Of a DNA stretch of 62,341 bases, positions 26,792-38,200 are shown piece after piece. The notes beneath the pieces were generated by a model. The model did not search any database and had not been told where the DNA came from. It was given only the letters and a program-made list of their open reading frames with translations. How positions within the stretch are numbered: the stretch's first letter is position 1; every line of letters starts with the position of its first letter. The position numbers and the translations under genes are program-made. Origin of the DNA: a virus (taxonomy: Duplodnaviria > Caudoviricetes); the IMG/VR virus record IMGVR_UViG_3300042485_001404, positions 1-62,341 of that record. The stretch is one strand, 5' to 3'.

Positions 26792-29700
26792 TTATTCTTC
26801 ATTTATATTCATTTCTTCTTGATCTTCTGAGTATAAATCTCTATCAGGAAATTTATAGTCTTTCTTTTTTCTAAGAGCTCTTTTTACTTTTCTATCTGTT
26901 CTAACTTGTTCTTCTATTGAAAGATCATTATACTCTTTTCCAAACAGTTCTTTGGCAATTTCAGTTTCAGTATTAAGTTTAATCTCTTCTCTTGCCTCTT
27001 CTTGTTCTTTTTTGTCTTTTTTATAATCAGATTCAAACATTGTATCAATTTTATCATTTTTTTGATACTCTTCATTTCCAACTATTTCAAATCCTCCCAT
27101 CCACTCTTCTTTTCCAATATTTCTAAACATTTGAGGTAACAGAGCTTTTCTTAAGTTTACACTAGTTTTTGTATCTCCATGATATATACTACCAACTTTA
27201 CTATATCTTTCCCCAGAGTCTCCAAAATAAGATTGTCCTGCTAATTTACCTAGTCCTTCTAAAGGACCCATAACTGTAGAGTCATCTCCTAAATACATAT
27301 TTAAAGTTGAAAGAAGGTTATGACCTAAATTCATCTCATCATATTCTCTTTGATTAATATTTTTAATAGTATGAAATAAAAAAGCTTTTTCTTTTCTTCT
27401 TTCTTGCTGAGCAATGTATCTTTTTTCTTGTTCACTACCTTGTTTACCTTTAGCTTCAGTTTCTTCATCATCATCATCTCCTAAGAAAAGTTGAGCCAAA
27501 ACAGCAATCAATAAAGTAGTATTACTTTTTTGAAACATCCTGGTCAAGTTTCTTAAGTTAGTGGCAGCTCTTTCATCTAGTTTTCCATTAAAAGTGCTGT
27601 CAATATTAATTAAAGTTTGTGGTCCTGGAATAGTTCCAGAATAACTTCCTCCTATTAATCTAAACATATTCCAAACTTTATTAACAGGTATTTCTAAAGT
27701 GCCTAAAGTAGATGCTTTAAGTATGTAGCCTAAAGTTTCTTTTAAAGCTAACTGAGAAGGAACATTTTGTTGTCCCATTCTTACAGCTATAGACTTTCTA
27801 TTTTTAAAATAAAGAGCTCCAGCTATAGCTCCTGTAAGAGCTAATCCTAAACCACCTGTGGCAGCTACAGTAGCTACTCCATAAGATAATAAAGGTGTCA
27901 TTAAAATTCCTGTAGCAACATTTCCTACTAACATTGTAGAAGCCATTCCTCTTGTTCTTTTATCTAATAAAGAACCAGAAATAAAACCATCCTTAGTTTT
28001 TCCAAAAGCCACACTTTTTTGATCTACTGCCCATCTACTATGGTAATACTCTCCAGCCCAAGTTTTAAATAATAAGAGAGTTTGACCTCCTACACTACCT
28101 TTAGCTTTTATTACCCCTGATACACTATAATCTCCATTTAAACTTTGTATAGCTCTACTTACTTGTGTTTTCCAAAGACCCATTTTAAAAGAGTCAAAGT
28201 TTTCATAGTCTTTTACATTGTCAGGAGTTCTAAACTCACTCTTAAGTTTTAATTGTCCTGTAATAGAATCTACTTCATGTGCAGGAAAACCTGTTCCATC
28301 AAATAAAGGAACAACTTCATTTGTAGTAGGATTAACTATAGTTAAATCAGCAGCCATGGCCAGCATAACTGGAATTTGATTGTACCACTCAATTAACTCT
28401 GTTCCATATAAAGGGTTTTGAACCCATCTTTTTAAATTGTAGATTTTAGGAGATTCTGTAACACCTGTTTTCTTTGCTTTTTGCATTTCATTTGTACCAT
28501 CTTGAACTAAGTCTAATTGATGAACAAAAGCTTCCATTGTTTTCCATTGTTTTGCATAAGCAGGATTTACCCTTCTTGTAGCATGCATATCAACAAAAGC
28601 AAAAGCTGGATAAGCGTTACCTTCTTTCCAAAATTCTCCATCTCTGTGAAAAAAGTTAGACCTAGCATTAAGGTAGTTATAAACCATACCTAAACTTGCA
28701 TATCCTAACCCTACCCCAATAGCTAAACCTTTGTTAAGAAGATTACTAACTATTGTAGTAGCCATATAATCTTTACCCATAAGAGTAACTCTCTGTTCTA
28801 TAGAAAGTTTTTCTTTTTCTAACTCTAGTTGTTGTGGAGTATTAGTTGCATTATTACTAGCAAGATTATCTAAAGTTTCTTTAATAAAATCCCATCTTTT
28901 CTTCATAACTCTGTACTGAATTTTTTCTTCAGGACTAAAGTTTTTATGATGAAAGTTAAGAAGATATTTAAACATGTCATCTGGTTCAATTAGTTCTCCA
29001 TTGGCATATTTGTTTTCATAGGTTTTCTTATCTCTTAACTTAGAGATATTTCCAGAATGTTTAGGTTCTGATTCATTTAAGACTGCATTTTCATAAAAGT
29101 AATCATTTCTTTTTTGAGCATTAGTCCTAACTTGACCAGATTTTCTTGTTGAAGTATCTTCCTCTAAATTAGACTTACCTTCTCTATTTTTTACTAAATT
29201 GTTTACTCCCCTAAGGATATCTATATTGTCTTTAGCAACTGTTCTAGCTTTGTGAAGTACACTTTGTTCTAATAAAGCTTTAATTAACATAGGTAAATCT
29301 GTAGTTTGTTGCTCCATTACAGATATTCTATTAAATATCTTTAATGCCCCAACTCTTACTCCCCCTGTTTTATCAAGAGTTATTTGATCTAAAAAGTCTT
29401 GTTCATTATTAATACCTAAGGCTTCATAAATCTCAGATTTTAAATTTAGAGGAATGGCATTCCAATTTAAGACAGTTTCATTTTTAAGATTTGCTCTCAA
29501 AATATTTGAGAGTTGCATCTTCATTACATCAAAGTCTTTTTCAACTATATTTTGAAAAGAATTAATACTTACAGGTAACTGTACTTCTTGTTCTTTTCCT
29601 TTAATTTTTTGTTTTACACTAAAATTATCTTTAACATGTTGAACAGTATTTAAAACATTTTCTTTACTTGGAATAGCTTTTACACTATTATAAAATCCTT

Positions 29701-32206
29701 TATCTAAAGCTGTTTCTAACAGTCCTTTAGACATGTGAAGAATAGTTTTACTATTTAACTTTAAATTAGAGTCTATAAGACTATCATTTATTTGATATAA
29801 AGAGTCTTCAAAAACCTGCCAAAAATCTCTTAAATCTTGGTTTTTTTCAATAACTTCAAAGTCTTTATCATAGTACCCTGTAGTCATATTTTGATAGTTA
29901 TTTCTTTTTGGAATGTAAGTATTGAATTCTAGATAAGAATATTTAACATTACTTGCAGTACCTAAAGTGTACTCTATCATACCTTGTTTACCAGTGTTAT
30001 GAGACTCTAAAAATTCAGCTGGATTATATCTTTTAAGACTTACATCTATGTTATCTTTTGAATATTGAGATAAATCTACATAAGAAAACTTATTTTCTTT
30101 TTTTAAAGCTGCAGAAACCAATTCTGCTTCTTTACTCAAAAAATTTTGTAATTGACTGACTTGTTCTTTTACAAGTTTATTGTATTCAGATGCTCCAATA
30201 TTATCAATCAAATACTGCTTATAAATAGCATTATTAGCAGGATTTGTCTTAAACATAACTTTTAACCTAGGATCTGTAACTAAAGCAGCTACATCATCTA
30301 GTAACCTAAAATCCACAAAATCAACATTGGCATTTAACTTATAGTATTTTTCTCTAAGTAAAGTTTCAACTTTTGTCCAATCTTTTGCATATCTAGCCTG
30401 AAAGATGTTTGTGCTTGCTTCAAAGTTAAAATTATTAATAAAACTATCCCATTTTTGACTAAACTTACTTACTAAAGTTGGAATAGGATTTCCTTTGTCA
30501 TCTTTTCTATAAAAAAGAGCTTGATAGTTATAAAAAGAAAATTTTGTTGTTCCTTCTATCCCAACTCCTACAGAAGTAACTAGACCCATTTTTAGAAGTT
30601 CTGCTTCTACTTTAGGTAGTAATTTATTAACCTTTTGTATAAGTCTTTGTACTCTTGGTTTTTCTATTTCTACTTGTATATCATACTCTAATCTCATTAA
30701 TTCTGCAATAAGATCAGATTCACTTATAAGATTCTTACCTTGAGTTAAAAAGTTAGCTTCTAAAGAAGTAATATCTTGTAAATTAGAAGTTAAAATATCT
30801 TTAATTTCTTCTAAACTTTTACCTGGATACAGTTCTTTAATATTGTTTTCATATTTACTTAGTATCTCAATAAAGTGATCATTTCTGGCCTTATTTATTT
30901 TAGCTATAAGACCTGTATTTAAGTGAGAAACCTCTTTTATTAAATTACTTACTTCAGGAGTAAATTCTTTACCTTCTTCTGTTTTAAATAATTGAGAATT
31001 AGGGTTAATAAAATTTAAGTTTACTTCAATAAAATCTGAAATATCTTCAGCTAAGAAAAAGTTTTCTATACTAGGAGTATTAATTAAGTCTCTAATTAAA
31101 TTAATATCTCTATACAAAAGACTTTCAACAGTTTTAAAATAGTCTGTTGAAGTTCTTAAATCTTCTAAATCTTTTTCTAAATTAGTTTTTATACTTTTTA
31201 AATAAGTTATTCTAGAAGAAAGTCTATCAGAAGTTCCTTCTATTCTTTCCTTAGCTTTAAGTTTGTCTATTTGTTTTTGGATTTTTGCTACTTGCTCTTT
31301 TCTTTTAACTTTGTAATAATCATAAGTAGGATCAATGTAAATTGAATTACTAGGATTATTAATATTTAAAGCTAAATCCTCTTCTTCATCCCACTCTTCT
31401 TCAAAATTAGCAATAGTGTTTAAATAGTTTTCCCACTGAGTTCTATCAGAATAAATTTCCCCTGTTTCAGGGTTAAAAAATCCTTGAAACTGGCTATGAG
31501 GCAAAGTTTTAAGGTAAGCAAGTTCTTCTCTAGCATCTTGTTTAGTTTGTACTTCACTTTTGTAAATACCTTTACTTTCTAAGAACCTTTCATACATGTA
31601 TTGTTGAAATTGTTCTAAGGGGATATCTTGCATACCCTCTGCAAAAGTCTGTAACAAATCATTACTGTAACCTACTTTAATAATATTTTTATAAGGACTA
31701 TCTACTTGAGATACAACTTGTAAAAAATTTGATGTATAAGAGGGATGTGCTATTTTTGACATCCTTTTTGCTAAAGATAAGGTATTATTATTTACAGCAG
31801 TTGTAGTATCTCTTTTATGTGTAGGTTCCACAACAACTCTTTGTACAAGACCAGCTTTTCCTTTCTCAACTTTATAACTAATAGCAGAGTAACCTATAGC
31901 ATCATCCACTTTTTGACTAATTGCATAAGCAGCTAATGTCAAATCTTCTCTTGAATGATAAGAGTTTCTAAAAGATGTAAACTCTTCTAGGGAAAAATTA
32001 GAGTCCTCCTTTATATTTTGACTTAAAGGAAGGGCATAATCCTCTTCTTCTATTTCTGGTTTAATCTCTTGTAAAGTAGGATACTTATCTAATCCATTAG
32101 CTTCTTGCCACAAAGAAATCTTTGCAGCAAGAATTATTGGATTAATATTAGATTGGTCAGCTAATGCTTTAAACTCTTTAGTACTAGTACTTACACAATT
32201 TGTCAT
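26792..32206 (-). CDS. giant internal virion/ejection protein
   Basis: 1804 aa, adjacent to the vRNAP gene, hydrophobic Gly/Ala-rich segments near the C-terminus, a single Cys. Confidence 0.75.
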   Translation of the reverse strand: MTNCVSTSTKEFKALADQSNINPIILAAKISLWQEANGLDKYPTLQEIKPEIEEEDYALPLSQNIKEDSNFSLEEFTSFRNSYHSREDLTLAAYAISQKVDDAIGYSAISYKVEKGKAGLVQRVVVEPTHKRDTTTAVNNNTLSLAKRMSKIAHPSYTSNFLQVVSQVDSPYKNIIKVGYSNDLLQTFAEGMQDIPLEQFQQYMYERFLESKGIYKSEVQTKQDAREELAYLKTLPHSQFQGFFNPETGEIYSDRTQWENYLNTIANFEEEWDEEEDLALNINNPSNSIYIDPTYDYYKVKRKEQVAKIQKQIDKLKAKERIEGTSDRLSSRITYLKSIKTNLEKDLEDLRTSTDYFKTVESLLYRDINLIRDLINTPSIENFFLAEDISDFIEVNLNFINPNSQLFKTEEGKEFTPEVSNLIKEVSHLNTGLIAKINKARNDHFIEILSKYENNIKELYPGKSLEEIKDILTSNLQDITSLEANFLTQGKNLISESDLIAELMRLEYDIQVEIEKPRVQRLIQKVNKLLPKVEAELLKMGLVTSVGVGIEGTTKFSFYNYQALFYRKDDKGNPIPTLVSKFSQKWDSFINNFNFEASTNIFQARYAKDWTKVETLLREKYYKLNANVDFVDFRLLDDVAALVTDPRLKVMFKTNPANNAIYKQYLIDNIGASEYNKLVKEQVSQLQNFLSKEAELVSAALKKENKFSYVDLSQYSKDNIDVSLKRYNPAEFLESHNTGKQGMIEYTLGTASNVKYSYLEFNTYIPKRNNYQNMTTGYYDKDFEVIEKNQDLRDFWQVFEDSLYQINDSLIDSNLKLNSKTILHMSKGLLETALDKGFYNSVKAIPSKENVLNTVQHVKDNFSVKQKIKGKEQEVQLPVSINSFQNIVEKDFDVMKMQLSNILRANLKNETVLNWNAIPLNLKSEIYEALGINNEQDFLDQITLDKTGGVRVGALKIFNRISVMEQQTTDLPMLIKALLEQSVLHKARTVAKDNIDILRGVNNLVKNREGKSNLEEDTSTRKSGQVRTNAQKRNDYFYENAVLNESEPKHSGNISKLRDKKTYENKYANGELIEPDDMFKYLLNFHHKNFSPEEKIQYRVMKKRWDFIKETLDNLASNNATNTPQQLELEKEKLSIEQRVTLMGKDYMATTIVSNLLNKGLAIGVGLGYASLGMVYNYLNARSNFFHRDGEFWKEGNAYPAFAFVDMHATRRVNPAYAKQWKTMEAFVHQLDLVQDGTNEMQKAKKTGVTESPKIYNLKRWVQNPLYGTELIEWYNQIPVMLAMAADLTIVNPTTNEVVPLFDGTGFPAHEVDSITGQLKLKSEFRTPDNVKDYENFDSFKMGLWKTQVSRAIQSLNGDYSVSGVIKAKGSVGGQTLLLFKTWAGEYYHSRWAVDQKSVAFGKTKDGFISGSLLDKRTRGMASTMLVGNVATGILMTPLLSYGVATVAATGGLGLALTGAIAGALYFKNRKSIAVRMGQQNVPSQLALKETLGYILKASTLGTLEIPVNKVWNMFRLIGGSYSGTIPGPQTLINIDSTFNGKLDERAATNLRNLTRMFQKSNTTLLIAVLAQLFLGDDDDEETEAKGKQGSEQEKRYIAQQERRKEKAFLFHTIKNINQREYDEMNLGHNLLSTLNMYLGDDSTVMGPLEGLGKLAGQSYFGDSGERYSKVGSIYHGDTKTSVNLRKALLPQMFRNIGKEEWMGGFEIVGNEEYQKNDKIDTMFESDYKKDKKEQEEAREEIKLNTETEIAKELFGKEYNDLSIEEQVRTDRKVKRALRKKKDYKFPDRDLYSEDQEEMNINEE

Positions 32207-32207
32207 A

Positions 32208-35200
32208 TTAATTACAGTCTTTAATTTTTTGTTGTTCTGCAGGTGTTAAAGATTTCCATTCCATCTGAGATATACCTAAAGGTAAAGCATTATCTTCTTT
32301 TTCTAATCTTAATTTATTAGCTTTAGCTGTAATTGCTTGTCTATCTCTATTTGATTGTACCCATTTCATAATTTTACCAGTAGTAACTGAAAGAATTTGA
32401 TTATTTGGAAGCATTACAAATTTAACAGTTTCTCCTTTTATTACATGTTCTACTAATATAGCTCTTTTTTCTTTAATTGCTAAATTAGCTAAAATTTTAT
32501 TTCTGTCTACACTATCAGTTTTAAATACTTCAACTCCTTTAGAATTAAAAATTTGTTCTCCCCAAACTGCTGTTTCTACTCTATAAGTTTGAGTAGCTTT
32601 TCCTGTTGGTGTATAAGTTATAGTTCTTTCTTTAGGAATTTCTTCTTTTAAACTAAAAGAAATTCCAGGCAAAGATGTAATTACTCCACTAGTATCAAAA
32701 ACAGGGAAATCAGTAGATTCAGGTATAAAATCAGGCTCAGGAGCAAGTTGATCAAGTTGATTAAATACTAGTGAATCTGGCATAATTGGGTCTTCATTTA
32801 CTTGAGGTAAAGATAAAGAATTTTTAGTTCTAATATTATACTCTTCTTGAATAAAGTTCATAGAGGCCTTTAATGCTCCCATAGCTAAAGAATTTTCTTT
32901 AATAGCTGGGAAAGTTGCAGAAAATAACTCAACAAGTATATCTTGTAATTTTTCTAAGAATGTTTTACCTGATTTAAGGTATGGCATTTCAGATAATTTC
33001 TTTTGGATAGATGCATCTGTTAAAGACATTGCAACAAACTCTTTAATATTTAAAGCAGTGTAATACAAATCTCTTTCTTCATAAGCCTCTCTCTCCATAA
33101 GGGCAGCTTTTCTTTCTTCTTTTGATAAATTTGTGTTATTAATTATAGCTTGTAACTCTCTGAATTTTTTTAATTTACTTTCATCTAAAGAAGAAGTAAA
33201 CAAGTTAAATACAGTATCTAAAGTTTGTACATGAGAAGGGATAGACCCTTCTCTTAATGCTGTATAGTTTTCATTATAGTATTTACCTAGTTCTTTAATA
33301 GAAACATGGTGTATAAACTCATGCATAAAAATCTCACTAGCTAATTCAGGTCCTTTATTTTCTCCAAATAAAGAAGCATTAAGTTTGATATACAATTTTT
33401 CAGCTCCTGTTGCACCTAATCCTGCCATTTTAGTTTCATCTATAATGTGAAGGTCTCCTGTATCTTTAGCCATGTTTTTCATCCAAGAAGCTAATTGAGT
33501 CAAGTGAGCATATTTATCAGAAAGTTTTAATTCTGAAATATTTTTCACAACATCTTTTATAGTCATACTTGGTGTAATAATTAAGTTTCCAGCAGTGTGT
33601 GCTTTTTGAACTAAATTAGGAGTCAAAGGAGCTAAAGGAGTTTGTTTAATTCCTACAGCAGATTCTACTTTATATTGATATTGTGAGATACCTTTTCCAG
33701 AAAGAACTTCTACTTCTTGGTAAGCATTTTCTCCAACATGCATATAAAGTCTTACATTTCCTGCTTTTCCTTTTACTTGAGTAAATTTAGGGGCAACAGG
33801 GTACTCTTCCTTACTTAAAGTAAAAGTAGTTCCATTATTTGCAAGATTTTTTCTGTCTTTAAAATTAATTTTCTTTGCTTTTTGAGGGAAATGTTGAAAA
33901 AATTGTTTTGTAAAAGTTGAAACTCCTCCTACACTTTCTTCCTTAATTCCTAAAAAGCCTTCAAATAAATCTAGATTTGTATTTCTTTTAGGATTGTAAG
34001 CTTTTAGATTAGTTGCAATAGATAAGAAATTATCTTTTTTACCTAGTCTTCCTGCTGCTTCTAACAATTCAATAGGTACAAACTTAACAAATTGAGTAGC
34101 CTCTTGAATTCCTCCTTCAAGAAAAGAATAAGCAACCAAATCCATAGCAAGTTGTGTTGTAGAATAAGGTTTGCCATTTTTAGATGGCAATGGAAAGTTA
34201 GCTTCAATTAACTCAGGTAAAGAGTTATATAAAGACTCCTCATCTAAATTATCTGTTGCAGAGTTGTTATACTTGATAACAGAAACTTTTTCTTTACTCT
34301 TTCCTACTTCAAAAATAAATCTTTGTAACAAAGGATTATTTTTAATAGTTTTTAAACCTTTTCTATAGTCCTTATCTTGAGATTTTAAAGTTGTCATTAA
34401 GTACTTAGCCATAGATGTATTACTAGAGTCATCTACAAAAAGTTCTTGTCTTTTAGCATCTATTCCTCCTTCAAAAATACCTAAGTTAGGGTTAGAGTAG
34501 AAGTATTTTTTGATTTCTTCAATAATCATTTCAGCTTCTTCTATTCTTGTAGACTCATTTTCAGACAATCCAATTTCATTAAAAATAGTTTTAATAGCCT
34601 TTTCTTTGTAAGGAAAGAAATCTTTAAACAAATTGTTTCCAATATATAGTCCATTAATAACTATTTGACCTTGAGGAGTACTAGGTTTAATCCAAACTGT
34701 TTTTAATATTGGTCCTTTTTTAGTTTCAGAAGTGTAACTAAAAGGAAAGAAACCTGTACTACTATCAGTACAATCAGTACAAATCTCTCCTAGCAATTTA
34801 ATTGCTTCAGGAACCATCTTATTAGAAGATAAGGCAGCTAAAGATTCATATCTTGACATACCTTCTATAATAGATTTACCCAAGGTATTTGTATTAACAA
34901 CTTTTTGAATACTTGCTACTACTCCTCCCTCTTTTTGTAACTCTATAAAAGTCATGAAAGCATCTAACTGAATCTTTTTATCTTTACCATTCTCTTTAAT
35001 ACCTTTTACTAGATTATTTCCTGTAAGGTCTTTACTTCCTTCCCAAAAAATTGGTGTACCATCTAGTTCCATAAACTCATATTCAAAAGTTTCTGGATGT
35101 ACTTCATATTTAATTGTATTATCACTTAACTCTGCAATAATTTGATTGATCATATCTTCTTTAGAAATGTATTTTCCTAAAAGGCCTTTAACATTCTTAC

Positions 35201-38200
35201 TTTGAGATACATAATCTTTAATAACAGGTTGGGAAAGAAGTAGATAAGGAATACTATTTCCATTTTCATCTTTATCAAAGTTTCTTAAAGTAGCCACTGC
35301 TTCTGCATTAATAGTGTCTTCATCTACTCCAACTCTACCTAAGATTTGTTCTTTCTCATTATCTGTTGCAGTGTTTTCTTTCTCAGCCCATACTTCTGAA
35401 GAGTCCCTTTGATAATTATTCTCTAGCCATTTTTTTGCTATTATAGGATCCATAGGACTTAAAGTTTGTTTAGCTCCTAAATTAGAAGAAGTAAAGTGCC
35501 CAATAGTCATCTCCTTTCTGCCCTCTGTTTTTGGGTTTATAATAGTCATACCATCTTCTCCAAAAGACTGTTGAATAAGTCCATTAAAAGTTGTATAGTT
35601 AGCATAAATTCCAATAGCAGTTTTACCAATAGAACCTAAACTCATCTTAGCTTTTTGGTAACTGTATCCAAGAATAGTTGAGTTCTTTATATCTTGTTGG
35701 TAAGCTTCTTCTGCATCTGCTGGAGAATTGTCAGGATTCTTTTCTAAGAAAGAGTTTATAAAAGAAACCTTAGTCCCTTCTTCAGACAATTTTTCCATAG
35801 TTTTAGCCTGGTCTTGAGCAAAAGACATAGAAAGTACCTTATTGATTTTCTTTTGGATTTCCATGTCAGGGCTATTATAAACCGCTAAATGAACTCTAAT
35901 AAAATCATTTTCAGCTAATTTCTTTTCTAATTGAATTTCCTTAGCTTCCTTTTTCTCTCTTATAGAAGTGGTAGGGTCTAAAAGAATTTCAATATCTTCT
36001 TGAGAAACACTGTCTTCTAAAATAGCAGCAAATCTCTCCAATAAAGAATTTTTCATATCAAATATACTTGGTTTAGCATATTTGTTTTCTTTACCTTCAA
36101 TCTCTATATTTCTACCTTTAAGTTCAAGTATAGTGTTTTCAAGATTTATTTCTTCAATCTTTTTCTCAAATACATCTAACTCTTGTGCTAAATGTTCTTG
36201 AGATAGTACTTCTATTGCTCCTGTTTCTTTGTTTACAACATGGTTTAATTGATACCCAGATTCTTTATCAATATCATAATCAAGACCTTTTTGTTTAGTA
36301 AAGTTTTTAGGTACAAGCATTAAGTCCCCTGACTCAGGAGGCAAAATACCCACAATTTCAATACTAGAACCAGAAACGTGAGAAGAAGTAGGAGTTCTAA
36401 AAGAGAAAAGATTAAGTAATTCTTTGTCTAATAACTCTTCTTTTAAACCTAAAGAACCATTCTCATTTCTTTTTAAATACTTAGCTTTAGATACATCTTT
36501 TGTTTTTTCATTGTACCCTTCAAAAAGATTTATCAGTTTACCTTTAGAATCTTTAAATTTAGAAGGAGCTAATACTTGAGCTTTTTGAAAAACAACTTCT
36601 CCACCTTCTGTAACAGTGTGAACACCTTGTAATTCTTTTCCATTCCAACCATCAAAAAAGATTGTTCTATTTTCATTTAACTCTGATAAGTCTTCTTTAA
36701 ATTGAAAGCCATGTTCAGAACCTGCTACATATCCACTACCAGGCATTTTATGTTTCATTATTCTATTAGTAATAATAGAATTTAATAAAGATTCATACCT
36801 GTTACTATCTGGAGATAACCAAAGAGGAGTTTTAAACTCAAAATAAGTTGCCCCTGTTGCAGCAGAAATAAGACTATCCATTTTTAATCCACGGATACTC
36901 TTAATGCTATAACCTCTGTCTATTGCTTCTTTTTCTAGAACCTCTTGCAAAGAAGTTACAAACATTTTTTCATCAATTATTTTACCTTGAGGATCTAATC
37001 CTAAGTCTCTAAATAATTCTCTTTTCTTAGCATCAACAATTTTAGCAAAAGAACTATTGTAGATTTCATACAACTCTTCTCCTGTTTTTTCTAATCCTTT
37101 AAAGTTAAAAGTAGTTCCTTGTTTTACTCCATCTCCAAACAAAAGTTTAAAGATTTGAGTACCCATAGCCACTTCATCTCTCTTCTTTTTATCAGATTTA
37201 AAAGGTACATCTTGCTGAATTCTAAAGTTATTTCTATCTAAAACTAATACAGAAACACCTATATTTTTAGAATCAAATTCTTTAGTTTGAGAGTTTAATC
37301 CTGTATATAATTTTTCTAAGTCATTAACATCTAAAGGATTAATAGCATTTTCATCTACAACACTACCTACTTTATTAGCAGTCTGATAAGAGGCTCTGGT
37401 AAATCTTCCTGTAACACCTTCTAATTTTTCAAGAGCATTTCTAAGGTTATCTAATTTAGTTCCTTTAGTTAATTGAGGGATTAAAGGAAAAGCAGAAGAT
37501 TTTACATAAATTATTCTGTTTACATCTAATTCTGTGTTAACATAGTTTCCAGTGTGTACAGGTTTAATAGGTTGCATTACTAAAGATAGTTGCTCCTTAG
37601 TTAAATCTTTATTTTCAAATAAAGAGTTTAAAATAGCTTTTTCATCTTCGGGAGTAATTCTTCCTAACCTTTGAAGGATATTTATGTGTTCTGTCACAGT
37701 TGTATATTCCTGAGCATCAGTTGACTCAATATCAAAATAAGCTTCAAGACTTCTATAGTTATCACTTAAAGTTTCTCTGATACCTTTTAATTCCTTTTCT
37801 AATACTGCTTGCATTTGATAGTATCTATCAACTTGTTCAGAAGATTTATTTACAAGAGATACTTTTTGAAGTCTATCTAAATTTCTTGAAATGTTTGAGT
37901 ATTTATTCAATAGTGGAGCAGCTTTATCTGCATCTTCTCTACTATAGTACATTTCAATTAAAAACTCAGCGTTTTCTGCAATATCTACAGAATCTTTTAG
38001 TATTACTTGGTTATATTTTTCTCCTACAGAATTAGCTATCTTTTTACCTGGGGCAATTAACAAAGCTAACCTTTTACCTAAATTGATACCAATTTGTTTG
38101 TTGATAGAAATGTATTCTTTAGGGTCTGTAATCTCTTTTTTGAAGAGTTTATCTTGAGAGTACACAGCAATATCTCCAGCAAAAACTTTAAAAATTTCTG

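Noticed and set aside
26587-26874. 95-aa + strand ORF
   Set aside because: Spans the terminator and is the antisense shadow of the 55-aa basic gene and the end of the 1804-aa gene.
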